Positions 1-9,075 of a DNA stretch of 64,000 bases are shown here, one piece after another. Made by a program: the position numbers and the translations under genes. This stretch comes from Solirubrobacteraceae bacterium (GTDB lineage Bacteria > Actinomycetota > Thermoleophilia > Solirubrobacterales > Solirubrobacteraceae): positions 97,400 through 161,399 of the forward strand of contig JAUJOT010000008.1 in the NCBI GenBank assembly GCA_030447505.1. Reading direction: 5' to 3'. Positions within the stretch are counted from its first letter, which is position 1. Every line of letters starts with the position of its first letter. Under the pieces are notes generated by a model that was not told where the DNA came from, did not search any database, and saw nothing but the letters and a program-made list of their open reading frames with translations.

Positions 1-1
1 C

Positions 2-1315
2 TTCCTGCACGCTGCGGCGGGTGCCGACGTCGCCGTGATCGAGGGCGTCATGGGCCTCTTCGACGGGGCCTCGGGCCGGGGCGAGCTGGCTTCGACGGCG
101 CACGTCGCGAAGCTGCTCGACGCCCCGGTCCTGCTCGTGATCGACGCCGCATCGATGGCGCGCAGCGCGGCCGCGATCGTGCACGGCTACCGCACGTTCG
201 ATCCCGACGTCGAGATCGCGGGCGTGATCGTCAACAAGGTCGGCTCCGACCACCACGTCGAGCTGCTGCGCGAGGCGATCGAGCCGCTCGGCGTGCCGGT
301 GCTGGGCGCGCTGCGCCGCGACGACCGCGTCGCGGCACCGGAGCGCCACCTCGGCCTCGTGCCCGCGGTCGAGCGCGAGGGCCGGACGCGCGGCGCGATC
401 GACGCGCTGCGCGAAGCGGTGCTCGCGCACGTCGACCTGGGTCGCGTGCTGGCGCTGGCGCGCTCGGCGCCCGCGCTCGCTGGTCGCGTCTGGTCGCCGG
501 CGGGCTCGGGCGGCGGCGACCCGCCTTCCGTCGTGCGTGAGCAGCGCCCGCCAGCACCGCTGATAGCGGGCGCTGCTCGCCCTCACGCAGCGAGCCCGGG
601 GCGGGGCGCTGACGTCCACCAGCGCTCATCGTCAGCGCCCGCCACGATCGCGATCGCCCGCGGTCCCGCGTTCTCCTTCCACTACGAGGAGAACCTCGAG
701 CTGCTGCGCGCCGCCGGCGCGACGCTCGCGCCCTTCGACCCGCTGACCGACAGCGCGCTGCCCGAGGACGCCGGCGCGCTGATCCTCGCCGGCGGCTTTC
801 CGGAGATCTTCGGCGCCGAGCTGTCGGCGAACGCGCCGCTGCGCGAGGTCGTCGCCGCGTTCGCCCGGCGCGGCCGGCCGGTGCTCGCCGAGTGCGGCGG
901 CCTGCTGTACCTCTGCGAGGAGCTCGACGGGATGGCGATGTGCGGTGTCCTGCCGGCCCGCGCGCGGATGGCGGGGCGGCTGTCGATCGGCTACCGCGAG
1001 GCGGTCGCGCAGGCCGCGTCGGCGCTGTGGACGGGCGGCGAGCAGGTGCGCGGCCACGAGTTTCACTACTCGGCGGTCGAGGGTGACGGCGCCGCCGCGT
1101 GGGAGCTGAGCGCGCGCGGGCGCACGCGGCCGGAGGGCTTCGTCGCCGGGGCCGTGCACGCGTCCTACCTGCACGTCCACTGGGCGGCGTTCCCGCAGGC
1201 GGCGCGGCGGCTCGTGGCGGCCGCCGCGCGCCAGCCGGCGGGCGCAGCGCGCGGAGCCGCGGCGGTCCTGACGAGAGCCAGCGCAGCGAGCGACGGCGCC
1301 CGGTCGTGGCCCTGA
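2..1315 (+). CDS. cobB: cobyrinate a,c-diamide synthase (CobB/CbiA), 5' end cut by the window edge
   Basis: The frame is open from nt 2. N-terminal half shows ...ADVAVIEGVMGLFDG. C-terminal glutamine-amidotransferase half shows AECGGLLYL and GHEFHYS. Stop TGA at 1313-1315 overlaps the next start. Confidence 0.9.
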   Translation, partial: FLHAAAGADVAVIEGVMGLFDGASGRGELASTAHVAKLLDAPVLLVIDAASMARSAAAIVHGYRTFDPDVEIAGVIVNKVGSDHHVELLREAIEPLGVPVLGALRRDDRVAAPERHLGLVPAVEREGRTRGAIDALREAVLAHVDLGRVLALARSAPALAGRVWSPAGSGGGDPPSVVREQRPPAPLIAGAARPHAASPGRGADVHQRSSSAPATIAIARGPAFSFHYEENLELLRAAGATLAPFDPLTDSALPEDAGALILAGGFPEIFGAELSANAPLREVVAAFARRGRPVLAECGGLLYLCEELDGMAMCGVLPARARMAGRLSIGYREAVAQAASALWTGGEQVRGHEFHYSAVEGDGAAAWELSARGRTRPEGFVAGAVHASYLHVHWAAFPQAARRLVAAAARQPAGAARGAAAVLTRASAASDGARSWP

Positions 1316-2856
1316 CGCTCGTCCTCGGCGGCACGCGCTCGGGCAAGAGCTCGTACGCGGAGGGGCTCGCGCGCCGCAGCGGACTGCCGGTGCGCTACGT
1401 GGCGACCGCCGATCCACGCGACGCGTCGATGCAGGAGCGGATCGCGGCGCACGTCGCGCGGCGCCCGCCGGAGTGGGAGACGGTCGTCGCCGACGACGAC
1501 CTGGCGTCGTTGCTGAGCCCGGGCGTCGGCGTGCTCGTCGACGGCCTCGGCACGTGGATCGCGAGCGTCATGCAGCGCGCCGGTGCGGACGCCCGCTGCC
1601 GGGTGCGCGAGCAGGTCGCGGCGCTCGCTCGCGCGGCGGCGGCGACGGGCGATCTCGTGATCGTCGTCGCCGAGCAGGCGGGGGAGGGGATGCTGCCGCC
1701 GGACGCCCTGTCGCGCGGATGGCTCGATCTGGTCGGCGAGGCGACGCAGGCGCTCGGCGAGGTCGCGCAGAGCGCCGTGCTCGTCGTGGCGGGACGCGCG
1801 ATCGAGCTGCCGCCGCGCGACGTGCTCCCCGCGAGCGCGCTCGCTGGGCTGCGCCGGCACGGCGACACGCTGGTGCGCCCCGGTGACGCCGACCACGCCG
1901 TCAGCGTGCTCGCCGGAGGGCCGCCGCCCTGGCTGCGCAGTGCGCTGGCGCAGGCGCTGCAGGACGACGTCTCGGCCTACCCGCGCGAGGACGAGACGGT
2001 GGTGGCGCTCGCCGCGCTGCACGGCCGCGCGCCCGAGGAGATCGTCCCGACCAACGGCGCCGCGCAGGCGCTGTGGCTGCTGCCCGCCGCGCTGCGCCCG
2101 CGCCTGGCGGCCTGCGTCCACCCCGGCTTCACCGAGACGGAGGCCGCGCTGCGCGCCCACGGCGTCCCGGTCGCGCGCGTCCTGCGCAGCGCCGACGACG
2201 ACTTCGCGCTCGATCCGGCGGCGGTCCCGGACGGCGCCGACCTCGTCGTCGCCGGCAATCCCGCCTCGCCGAGCGGCACGCTCGACCCTGTCGCGTCGCT
2301 GCTGCAGCTGCGGCGTCCCGGCCGCACCGTCGTCGTCGACGAGGCCTTCATGGATCTCGTGCCGGGCCAGCCAGCGTCGCTCGTGCGCGACGTGCTGCCC
2401 GACGTCATCGTCGTGCGCTCGATGACGAAGTCGCTCGCGATCCCCGGCCTGCGCGCCGGCTACGCCGTCGCGTCCGCGCCGCTCGCCGAGCGTCTGCGGG
2501 CGGTGCGACCGCCGTGGTCGTGCAACGCGCTCGCGCTCGCGGCGTTGCGCGCGATGGCCCGGCGACCGGAGGCGCTCGACGCAGCGGCGGCGCGGGCGCA
2601 GGCCGAGCGCGCCGATCTCGAGGCGCGTCTCGCCGAGCTGCCCGGGCTGCGGACCTGGCCCGCGGCCGCCAACTACGTGCTCGTCCGCGTGCGCGACGGC
2701 GCCGCCGTCGCGGCGAGGCTGCGCGACGCGGGGATCGCGGTGCGCCCGGCGGGATCGTTCCCGGGCCTCACCTCCGACGACCTGCGCATCACCGCGCGCG
2801 CGCCGCGCGACAACGAGCGTCTGGCCGGCGTGCTCGCGGCGGCGGTCGCGCGGTGA
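1306..2856 (+). CDS. cobU/cobC: fusion of adenosylcobinamide kinase/guanylyltransferase (CobU/CobP) with threonine-phosphate decarboxylase-type aminotransferase (CobC/CobD)
   Basis: GTG at 1306 overlaps the cobB stop. N-half has the P-loop LVLGGTRSGKSS plus VLVDGLGTW and VVAEQAGEGMLP. C-half is a class I/II aminotransferase fold with PLP-Lys motif SMTKSLAIPGLRAGY. It is one uninterrupted frame. Confidence 0.85.
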   Translation: MALTLVLGGTRSGKSSYAEGLARRSGLPVRYVATADPRDASMQERIAAHVARRPPEWETVVADDDLASLLSPGVGVLVDGLGTWIASVMQRAGADARCRVREQVAALARAAAATGDLVIVVAEQAGEGMLPPDALSRGWLDLVGEATQALGEVAQSAVLVVAGRAIELPPRDVLPASALAGLRRHGDTLVRPGDADHAVSVLAGGPPPWLRSALAQALQDDVSAYPREDETVVALAALHGRAPEEIVPTNGAAQALWLLPAALRPRLAACVHPGFTETEAALRAHGVPVARVLRSADDDFALDPAAVPDGADLVVAGNPASPSGTLDPVASLLQLRRPGRTVVVDEAFMDLVPGQPASLVRDVLPDVIVVRSMTKSLAIPGLRAGYAVASAPLAERLRAVRPPWSCNALALAALRAMARRPEALDAAAARAQAERADLEARLAELPGLRTWPAAANYVLVRVRDGAAVAARLRDAGIAVRPAGSFPGLTSDDLRITARAPRDNERLAGVLAAAVAR

Positions 2857-4052
2857 TCACCGTCGTCGGGATCGGCGCCGACGGCTGGCCGAGCCTCTCG
2901 CCCGAGACGCGCGAGCTCGTGCTCTCGGCGGACCTGCTCGTCGGCGGGGAGCGCCAGCTGGACCTCGTTCCCGACGACGCCGCCGGCGAGCGGCGACCGT
3001 GGCCGAAGAGCATCGTCGCGCTCGTCGACGAGCTGCCTGCGCTTGACGACTCGCGCTCGATCGTCGTGCTCGCGAGCGGCGATCCGCTGCTGCACGGCGT
3101 CGGGGCGACGATCGTGCGGCGGCTCGGCGACGAGCGCGTGCGGATCGTCCCGGCGATCTCGTCGTACGCGTTGGCCTGCGCGCGCCTGGGCTGGCCGCAG
3201 GCCGACACCGAGCTCGTCTCCGCGACGAGCCGCATCCCCGAGGTCGTCGTGCCGGCGCTGCAGCCCGGGCGCCGGATCGTCGTGCTCGGCTTCGGCGCAC
3301 GCAGCGCGGCCGAGATCGCGCGCGTGCTGCGCGAGCGCGGGTTCGGCGCGAGCCGGCTTGTCGTGCTCGAGGAGCTCGGCGGCGAGGCCGAGGCGATCAT
3401 CGATTCGACGGCCGACGACTGGGGCGACCGCGACGCCGCCGCACTGCACGTCGTCGCGCTCGAGGTCGGCGGCGACGGCCGGCTGCTCGGACGCGCGCCC
3501 GGGCTGCCCGACGACGCCTACGAGCACGACGGCCAGATCACGAAGAGCGACGTGCGGGCGATCACGCTCGCGGCACTCGTGCCGGTGCCCGGTCAGCTTC
3601 TGTGGGACGTCGGCGCGGGCAGCGGCTCCGTCGCGATCGAATGGCTGCGCGCCGCGCCCGGGGCACGCGCGATCGCGATCGAGCGCGACGCCGAGCGCGC
3701 GCGGCGGATCGAGCGCAACGCCGTGGCGCTCGGCGTGCCGTCGCTTCGGGTCGTCAACGGCGAGGCGCCGGCGGCGCTCGACGCGCTCGACGAGCGGCCG
3801 GACGCGATCTTCATCGGCGGTGGCCTGACGACCTACGGCCTGCTGACGCGGTGTCGCAAGGCGCTGCGGTCCGGCGGCCGGCTCGTCGCCAACGTCGTCA
3901 CCGTCGAGGGCGAGACGCTGCTCTCGCGCGCTCACGCCGAGCAGGGCGGCCGGCTCAAGCGGCTCGCGATCACGCACGCCGAGCCGCTCGGCGCCTTCAC
4001 GGGCTGGCGGCCGGCGCTGCCCGTCACGCAATACGAGCTGCGCGTCCCGTGA
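2853..4052 (+). CDS. cobL: precorrin-6Y C5,15-methyltransferase (decarboxylating), CbiE/CbiT-type fusion
   Basis: GTG at 2853 sits in a GTGA overlap with the upstream stop. VITVVGIGADGWPSL marks the tetrapyrrole methylase half. LWDVGAGSGSVAIEW marks the SAM-MTase half. Confidence 0.9.
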   Translation: MITVVGIGADGWPSLSPETRELVLSADLLVGGERQLDLVPDDAAGERRPWPKSIVALVDELPALDDSRSIVVLASGDPLLHGVGATIVRRLGDERVRIVPAISSYALACARLGWPQADTELVSATSRIPEVVVPALQPGRRIVVLGFGARSAAEIARVLRERGFGASRLVVLEELGGEAEAIIDSTADDWGDRDAAALHVVALEVGGDGRLLGRAPGLPDDAYEHDGQITKSDVRAITLAALVPVPGQLLWDVGAGSGSVAIEWLRAAPGARAIAIERDAERARRIERNAVALGVPSLRVVNGEAPAALDALDERPDAIFIGGGLTTYGLLTRCRKALRSGGRLVANVVTVEGETLLSRAHAEQGGRLKRLAITHAEPLGAFTGWRPALPVTQYELRVP

Positions 4053-4792
4053 CGGTTCACTTCATCGGCGCCGGTCCGGGCGCGGCCGATCTCATCACGC
4101 TGCGCGCGCAGCGGCTGATCGCCGCGTCGCCGGTGGTGCTCTACGCCGGCGCGCTCGTCCCCGACGAGGTGCTCGCCCACGCGCCGCGCGACGCGCGCCT
4201 GGTCGACACGCAGAACCTCGCGCTCGACGCGATCGTCGCGGAGTACCGCGGCGCGCATGAGCGAGGCGAGGACGTCGCGCGCCTGCACTCGGGCGACATC
4301 TCGATCTGGAGCGCCGCCGCCGAGCAGATGCGCCGCCTCGACGAGCTCGGGATCGCCTACGACCTCACGCCGGGCGTGCCGGCGTTCGCCGCCGCCGCGG
4401 CGTCGCTGCGCCGCGAGCTGACGCTGCCAGCGATCGCCCAGACGGTGATCCTGACACGCCATGCGCGGCGCGCGACGCCGATGCCAGAAGGCGAGGAGCT
4501 CGACGCGCTCGCCGCCCACGGCGCCACCCTCGTCCTGCACCTCGCCGTCCAGGCGATCGACGAGCTCGCGCCGAGGCTCGCCGAGCACTACGGCGTCGAC
4601 GGGGCGGTCGCGGTCGTCGCGCGCGCGTCGCACCCGGACGAGATCGTCCTGCGCGGCACGCTCGAGACGATCGCCTCGCAGGTGCGCGACGCAGGGGTGC
4701 GCCGGACGGCCGTGATCATCGTCGGGCCGGCGCTCGCTGATCGGGGCTTCTGCGACAGCCACCTGTACTCGGCTGAGCGCGCGAGACCCTAG
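4049..4792 (+). CDS. cobM: precorrin-4 C11-methyltransferase
   Basis: GTG at 4049 sits in a GTGA overlap. VHFIGAGPGAADLITLRAQRLI and the full-length tetrapyrrole methylase pattern are present. Confidence 0.9.
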   Translation: MTVHFIGAGPGAADLITLRAQRLIAASPVVLYAGALVPDEVLAHAPRDARLVDTQNLALDAIVAEYRGAHERGEDVARLHSGDISIWSAAAEQMRRLDELGIAYDLTPGVPAFAAAAASLRRELTLPAIAQTVILTRHARRATPMPEGEELDALAAHGATLVLHLAVQAIDELAPRLAEHYGVDGAVAVVARASHPDEIVLRGTLETIASQVRDAGVRRTAVIIVGPALADRGFCDSHLYSAERARP

Positions 4793-4818
4793 GGGGAACA
4801 TTCAGCGTCTGAAACGAC

Positions 4819-4844
4819 GAAGGCCCGCTCAAGAGCGGGCCTTC
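4819..4844. terminator. perfect GC hairpin between convergent cobM and the acyltransferase gene
   Basis: GAAGGCCCGCTC-AA-GAGCGGGCCTTC is a 12-nt perfect inverted repeat, 27 nt after the cobM stop. Confidence 0.6.
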
Positions 4845-4978
4845 GCGGAGGGAGGAGACTCGAGTGCCGTATCGGCTGCCGGGCAGCGGCACTTGAGCGT
4901 TTCGCGCCGTTCGTGTCAGCGGCGCTGTTTCTCGGGGCGCGTCTTCTGTTCGCGGCCGTGGCGCTTGCGGGCTGCTCG

Positions 4979-6004
4979 CTAGCTCACGCTCGCTTCCAAG
5001 GCCCGCGCCTCGTGGCGCTCGGACACCCAATCGTCGAGCGTCCGCCACCACGCGAACAGCCAGTCGATCCGCCCGTCGCGGTCGCAGGGAACCTCCTCGG
5101 CGGGCACCGCCCAGAGCCTGACCTCGACGGTCTGCTGGTGCGCGAGCAGACGCCACGCCGCTCGCAGCGAGGCTGGGACGCCGACGTGCGCGGCGAAGAT
5201 CACGACCGCATCGGGCGCGGCCTCGATCGCCGCCAGCGCGCCGCCGGGGCGCGGCGCCGACATATGGCGCATGCTGCGCGCCCAGTCGGCCTCTTCGCAG
5301 TGGCCTGCCTGTTCGAGACGCTCGATCGCGCGCCGGCGCCGGCGCGCGCTGAAGTTCCCGCCTTCGGGGAAGATCAGCAGCGCTGCGCGCTCGTCCATGT
5401 CGCGCGCCAGCGCGGCGATCTGCATTTCCGTGTCACCGCCCTCCGGGTCGACGAAGCGGTTTGGCAGGCGCGTTCCCAGCACGTCGATGAGCGGATCCAA
5501 GCGCAGCCGCTCGTGCATCACGATCCGGGGAAGGCGGTGGTGGCGGCACAGCAGCTGGTGGATCACAAGCAGCGTGTCGCCCTCGCCGGCGTGACGGCTG
5601 AGCACCACGGCAGGACGTCGAGACGACGAGAGGACCTCCTCGGCGACCGCCGATTCGGACAACCGGACCTCGACACGTGCCGCGCGTACGACCGCTCCGT
5701 AGAAGCCGCCCACGAACGAGCGCAGCACGCCGTAGAGGGCGTGCTGGAGTCGCTCGCGGTCGGCGCGCCGGCCAAGGCCGGCGGTCGCCCACAGGCGCGC
5801 ACAGGCGGCGCTGGCGACGAGGTGGCGCAGCGCGAACGAGAGCACGATGACGGCCACGCGCACGGGACGCCAGCCGCCGAACGCGGGCGACGCGAGCACG
5901 GCCGCGACGAGCACGAGCGGCGAGACGAGCATCAGCGCAAGCTCGAGCACGACGATCAGCGGCGCGAGCACGAAGCGGCGGACCGCCAGGGGCGGGGTTG
6001 GCAT
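4979..6004 (-). CDS. lysophospholipid (1-acyl-sn-glycerol-3-phosphate-type) acyltransferase family membrane protein
   Basis: ATG at 6004 overlaps the upstream stop by 1 nt (CTGATG). HX4D motif SRHAGEGD and FPEGGNFS are present. The N-terminus is hydrophobic. The 504-aa track ORF upstream of this ATG is Arg-rich shadow sequence. Confidence 0.8.
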   Translation of the reverse strand: MPTPPLAVRRFVLAPLIVVLELALMLVSPLVLVAAVLASPAFGGWRPVRVAVIVLSFALRHLVASAACARLWATAGLGRRADRERLQHALYGVLRSFVGGFYGAVVRAARVEVRLSESAVAEEVLSSSRRPAVVLSRHAGEGDTLLVIHQLLCRHHRLPRIVMHERLRLDPLIDVLGTRLPNRFVDPEGGDTEMQIAALARDMDERAALLIFPEGGNFSARRRRRAIERLEQAGHCEEADWARSMRHMSAPRPGGALAAIEAAPDAVVIFAAHVGVPASLRAAWRLLAHQQTVEVRLWAVPAEEVPCDRDGRIDWLFAWWRTLDDWVSERHEARALEASVS

Positions 6005-6867
6005 CAGCCGTCGTCCGGTCGGACGCGGTCGAGATAGAGCCCGCTCGCCTCGCGTGCGCGTGCGATGTTGTCGCCGATCTGCGAGCTGTCGCGGTAGCGC
6101 AGCTGCGAGAGGTCGTTGTAGCGCGGCGGGTCGGTCTGGCCGGTCGGGAGCACGTGGACGGTGACATTCTCGGGCAGCCGGGCGAGGTCGCCGACGAAGC
6201 GGTGGCGCCGCGCGATCTCGAACGCTACGAGGCCCACCTCCCAGGGCCAGCGCGGAGGCTCGAGCGGACGGTCGAGCCGCCCCACTTGCAGGACGTAGAC
6301 CGTGTCCGCGCCCAGCTCGACGGCGCGGGCAACCGGGATGCTGTTGACGATCCCGCCGTCGACGAAGTGCTCGCCGCAAAGCTCGACGGCGGGCAGGATG
6401 CCGGGAACCGCGGCAGAGGCCATCACGGCGTCGACGAGCGGGCCGTGCTCGAACCAGTGCTCCGACGCCCGCTCGATGCTTGCCGCCACGCACTGAAAGG
6501 GCACCGCGAGGTCCTCGATCCGCTCGGGCAGCACGTCGACCAGCAACCGCCGCAGCGCCTCGTCGCCGTGCAGATGCGTGCGCGTGCGCACCAGCGTGGC
6601 CGCGCGGCGCAGGAGCGAGCCCTTGAAGACGCCTTCCTGCTCGAACCGCGACCAGACCTCCGTGAGCCGGCCGGCCATCGCGACGGTCGGTTGCGCGGCG
6701 ATCACCGCCCCGTTGATCGCGCCGACCGAGGTTCCGACGATCAACGACGGCGCGATGCCGCGGTCGAGCAGCGCCTCGAGCATCCCCACCTCGTGCGCAC
6801 CGAGGTGCCCACCTCCGCCGAGTACGAAGGCGACGCGATCACGGCCGGTTCGCGCGCTCGCGCTCAC
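6004..6867 (-). CDS. patatin-like phospholipase
   Basis: Oxyanion motif GGGGHLG, nucleophile elbow GTSVGA and the DGG catalytic Asp motif are all present. Confidence 0.9.
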   Translation of the reverse strand: MSASARTGRDRVAFVLGGGGHLGAHEVGMLEALLDRGIAPSLIVGTSVGAINGAVIAAQPTVAMAGRLTEVWSRFEQEGVFKGSLLRRAATLVRTRTHLHGDEALRRLLVDVLPERIEDLAVPFQCVAASIERASEHWFEHGPLVDAVMASAAVPGILPAVELCGEHFVDGGIVNSIPVARAVELGADTVYVLQVGRLDRPLEPPRWPWEVGLVAFEIARRHRFVGDLARLPENVTVHVLPTGQTDPPRYNDLSQLRYRDSSQIGDNIARAREASGLYLDRVRPDDG

Positions 6868-7013
6868 CCGCGCAGCGCTCGTGACGGGATGGTCGCGAGA
6901 TCCAAAGTCATTTGAGGTACCGGCCGCCTACCCGACCCGTCAGCAGGCCGAAGCGCAGCATCATCATGATCGGCAGGCCGAAGAACACCAGCAGCCGGGG
7001 CGTCAGCTCTCGC

Positions 7014-8948
7014 TCAGCCCGTGGCTTCGAGCTCGGCGACCGGCGTCGCCCGCCGCCCGATCGGAAGGCTGACGGCCGACGGTGCACCGACGCGGACCTC
7101 GACAAGCTGCTCGCCGACCCGCAGCTCGACGATCGCGGTGCCGGCGAGGCCGACCATCTCGCGCGCCTCGCTCAGGGCCCTCGCGACGTGCGGCCCGCCG
7201 ACGCCGCAGGCGACGAGGAACTGCTCGACCCAGCCGCCGCGCAGCATCGCTGCGTCGACCTCGAGCTCCTCCAGTCGCAGCGACCAGTGCTCGGCGCCGC
7301 CGGGCAGCGCCGTGATGATGCAGGCAGCCATGTCGTCGCACTGCTCCTGGCTGCGGCGCACGATCCGCGCGATCAGGTCGCAGGCCTCGCCGTTCGGGCC
7401 GATCGCCTGCAGCTGCTCGTCGACGCCGTCGCGTCCGAGGCGGCGTCGAGGCGCGATCAGCACCTCCCCGAGACCGTCGGTGTGGAAGCACGCGCGGGCG
7501 CCGGGCGGGAGCCCGACGGTCGTCTGCCGGCGACCCGTCGGCACGCCGGCGCCGATCGGCGGCGACGAGCAGACGGTCACGAGCGACGCCTGCGTTCCGA
7601 CCAGAAGCGGCGGCCAGTGCCCGGCGCAGGCGTAGGTCAGGCGTCCCGTTCCGGGATCGAAGATCGCGACGACGATCGTCACCTGCCGGCCGCCGAGCTG
7701 CGCGGCGAGCACGTTGGATGCGACGTGGAGCGTCGCCCGCGGCGCGAGGCCCGCCTCGAGATAGGCGCGCAGGTTGTAGCGCACGAGCGCGGTCAGCGGG
7801 ACGGCGTCGCGGCCGTGCCCGGCGACGTCGCCGACGATCACTGCGGTGCGGCCGCCGGGCAGCTCGAAGGCGTCGTAGAAGTCGCCGCCGGCGGCGAGAC
7901 CGGCCGCGGGCCGGTACGCCGCGCTGACGCGCGCCCCGCCGATCCGCTCGGGCAGATCGGGCAGCAGCGCCGACTGCAGCACCCCGACGTCGGCGAGCAG
8001 CATCCGACGCTGCCGTGCGAGCCGCCGGCTGCGGACCGTCTGGACCGCGGTGCTGGCACCCAGCAGCAGACCCAGCAGGGCCAGCGCGGCGAGCGCGATG
8101 CGCACGCGCGGCGGGATCACCTCGAGCACGCGCACGACCGTCCGCGTCAGGGGCGATTGAGGCCGCGCGCCACGCGCGCCGCCCTCGCCGCTCGAGCGCG
8201 CCGCCGTCGGCGTAGCGGCGGCGCGAACGGGCGGAGTCGGCGCCACCGGGGCCGGGCGCAGCGCGTCGGAGCTGCGCTGCGCAAGCGGCGTCGGGCGACC
8301 GGCCGTGCCCGAGCTCCGCGTCGGGCTCCTGCGGGCACGCGCCGGCGCGACAGTGCGTGGCCGCGGCGCAGGCTCGGCCTGCGTCTGCGCCGCAGACCCC
8401 GGTGGCGCAGCCGGAAGCGGCGTCGCAACGGCCGCCGGCGCCGGCGCGGCCGCGGGCGCGGGCGCGGCCGGCGGCGCCGGCAGGGGGGTGCCGGACCCCG
8501 CCCGCTTCGATCCCTTCGTGGAGGCGCCCGTCTTCTTCGAACGCCCCGGGCTACGAGACGCGCTGACGTCCTGCGACTGCGCCGGCGTCGCATCCTTCGA
8601 CTGCACGGCCGTCGCGGACGGCGGCGCGTCCTTTTGACGCGCCGGTGTACGCGCAGATGCCGCTTTCTTCGCCCGATGAGGCGCGGCCTGAGGCGCGCCG
8701 GCGGAGGCAGGCGCTCGTGCCTGAGCGACCGGAGCGGCCGCGGCCGGCTTCTTCGCCTGGCCGGGCGGGATGTGAGCCGCGCGCGGTCGGTCCTCGCTAC
8801 CGCGACCGTTGCCGCCCGAGTGCGGTGCGGCGGCCGGCGCAGCCGTTGTCAGCGCGGCCAGGGCGACCCCGAGAGCAAGCGCTGAACGCGCCCAGCGACC
8901 CGCGACCGGGAACCTTCGGCTGCCGTCCGTGGGCCGATCCGATCTCAC
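7014..8948 (-). CDS. membrane-anchored PP2C/SpoIIE-family serine phosphatase with a long Pro/Ala-rich N-terminal region
   Basis: Signal-like N-terminus (RWARSALALGVALAALTTAAPAAAP), then about 250 aa rich in P/A/S, then a TM helix (IALAALALLGLLLGAS). The PP2C domain shows GGDFYD, VGDVAGHG and TDGLGE. Confidence 0.85.
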   Translation of the reverse strand: MRSDRPTDGSRRFPVAGRWARSALALGVALAALTTAAPAAAPHSGGNGRGSEDRPRAAHIPPGQAKKPAAAAPVAQARAPASAGAPQAAPHRAKKAASARTPARQKDAPPSATAVQSKDATPAQSQDVSASRSPGRSKKTGASTKGSKRAGSGTPLPAPPAAPAPAAAPAPAAVATPLPAAPPGSAAQTQAEPAPRPRTVAPARARRSPTRSSGTAGRPTPLAQRSSDALRPAPVAPTPPVRAAATPTAARSSGEGGARGARPQSPLTRTVVRVLEVIPPRVRIALAALALLGLLLGASTAVQTVRSRRLARQRRMLLADVGVLQSALLPDLPERIGGARVSAAYRPAAGLAAGGDFYDAFELPGGRTAVIVGDVAGHGRDAVPLTALVRYNLRAYLEAGLAPRATLHVASNVLAAQLGGRQVTIVVAIFDPGTGRLTYACAGHWPPLLVGTQASLVTVCSSPPIGAGVPTGRRQTTVGLPPGARACFHTDGLGEVLIAPRRRLGRDGVDEQLQAIGPNGEACDLIARIVRRSQEQCDDMAACIITALPGGAEHWSLRLEELEVDAAMLRGGWVEQFLVACGVGGPHVARALSEAREMVGLAGTAIVELRVGEQLVEVRVGAPSAVSLPIGRRATPVAELEATG

Positions 8949-9075
8949 GACGTCCTAACGCTGGGTGGGTGAGCGACGAGCTACGTTCGAATGATCGCCT
9001 CACGGCGGCCTGAGCTGAAGCGTTCTGGACACAGGTTCTAGCGCCGCGCTCACGCAACGCGTCACGTCGGCGCGA

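Noticed and set aside
6908-7105. 65-aa minus-strand ORF ending in a hydrophobic peptide (…LLVFFGLPIMMMLRFGLLTGRVGGRYLK) just upstream of the patatin gene.
   Set aside because: Its N-terminal half overlaps the PP2C gene 3' end and is Arg-rich. Only about 25 codons look peptide-like and there is no RBS. It could be a real micro-protein, but this cannot be supported from sequence alone.
8300-8640. GC-rich quasi-repeats (GCC/GGC/CGG runs) considered as a repeat element.
   Set aside because: They are explained by the Pro/Ala-rich coding tract of the PP2C phosphatase, and no defined repeat unit is present.
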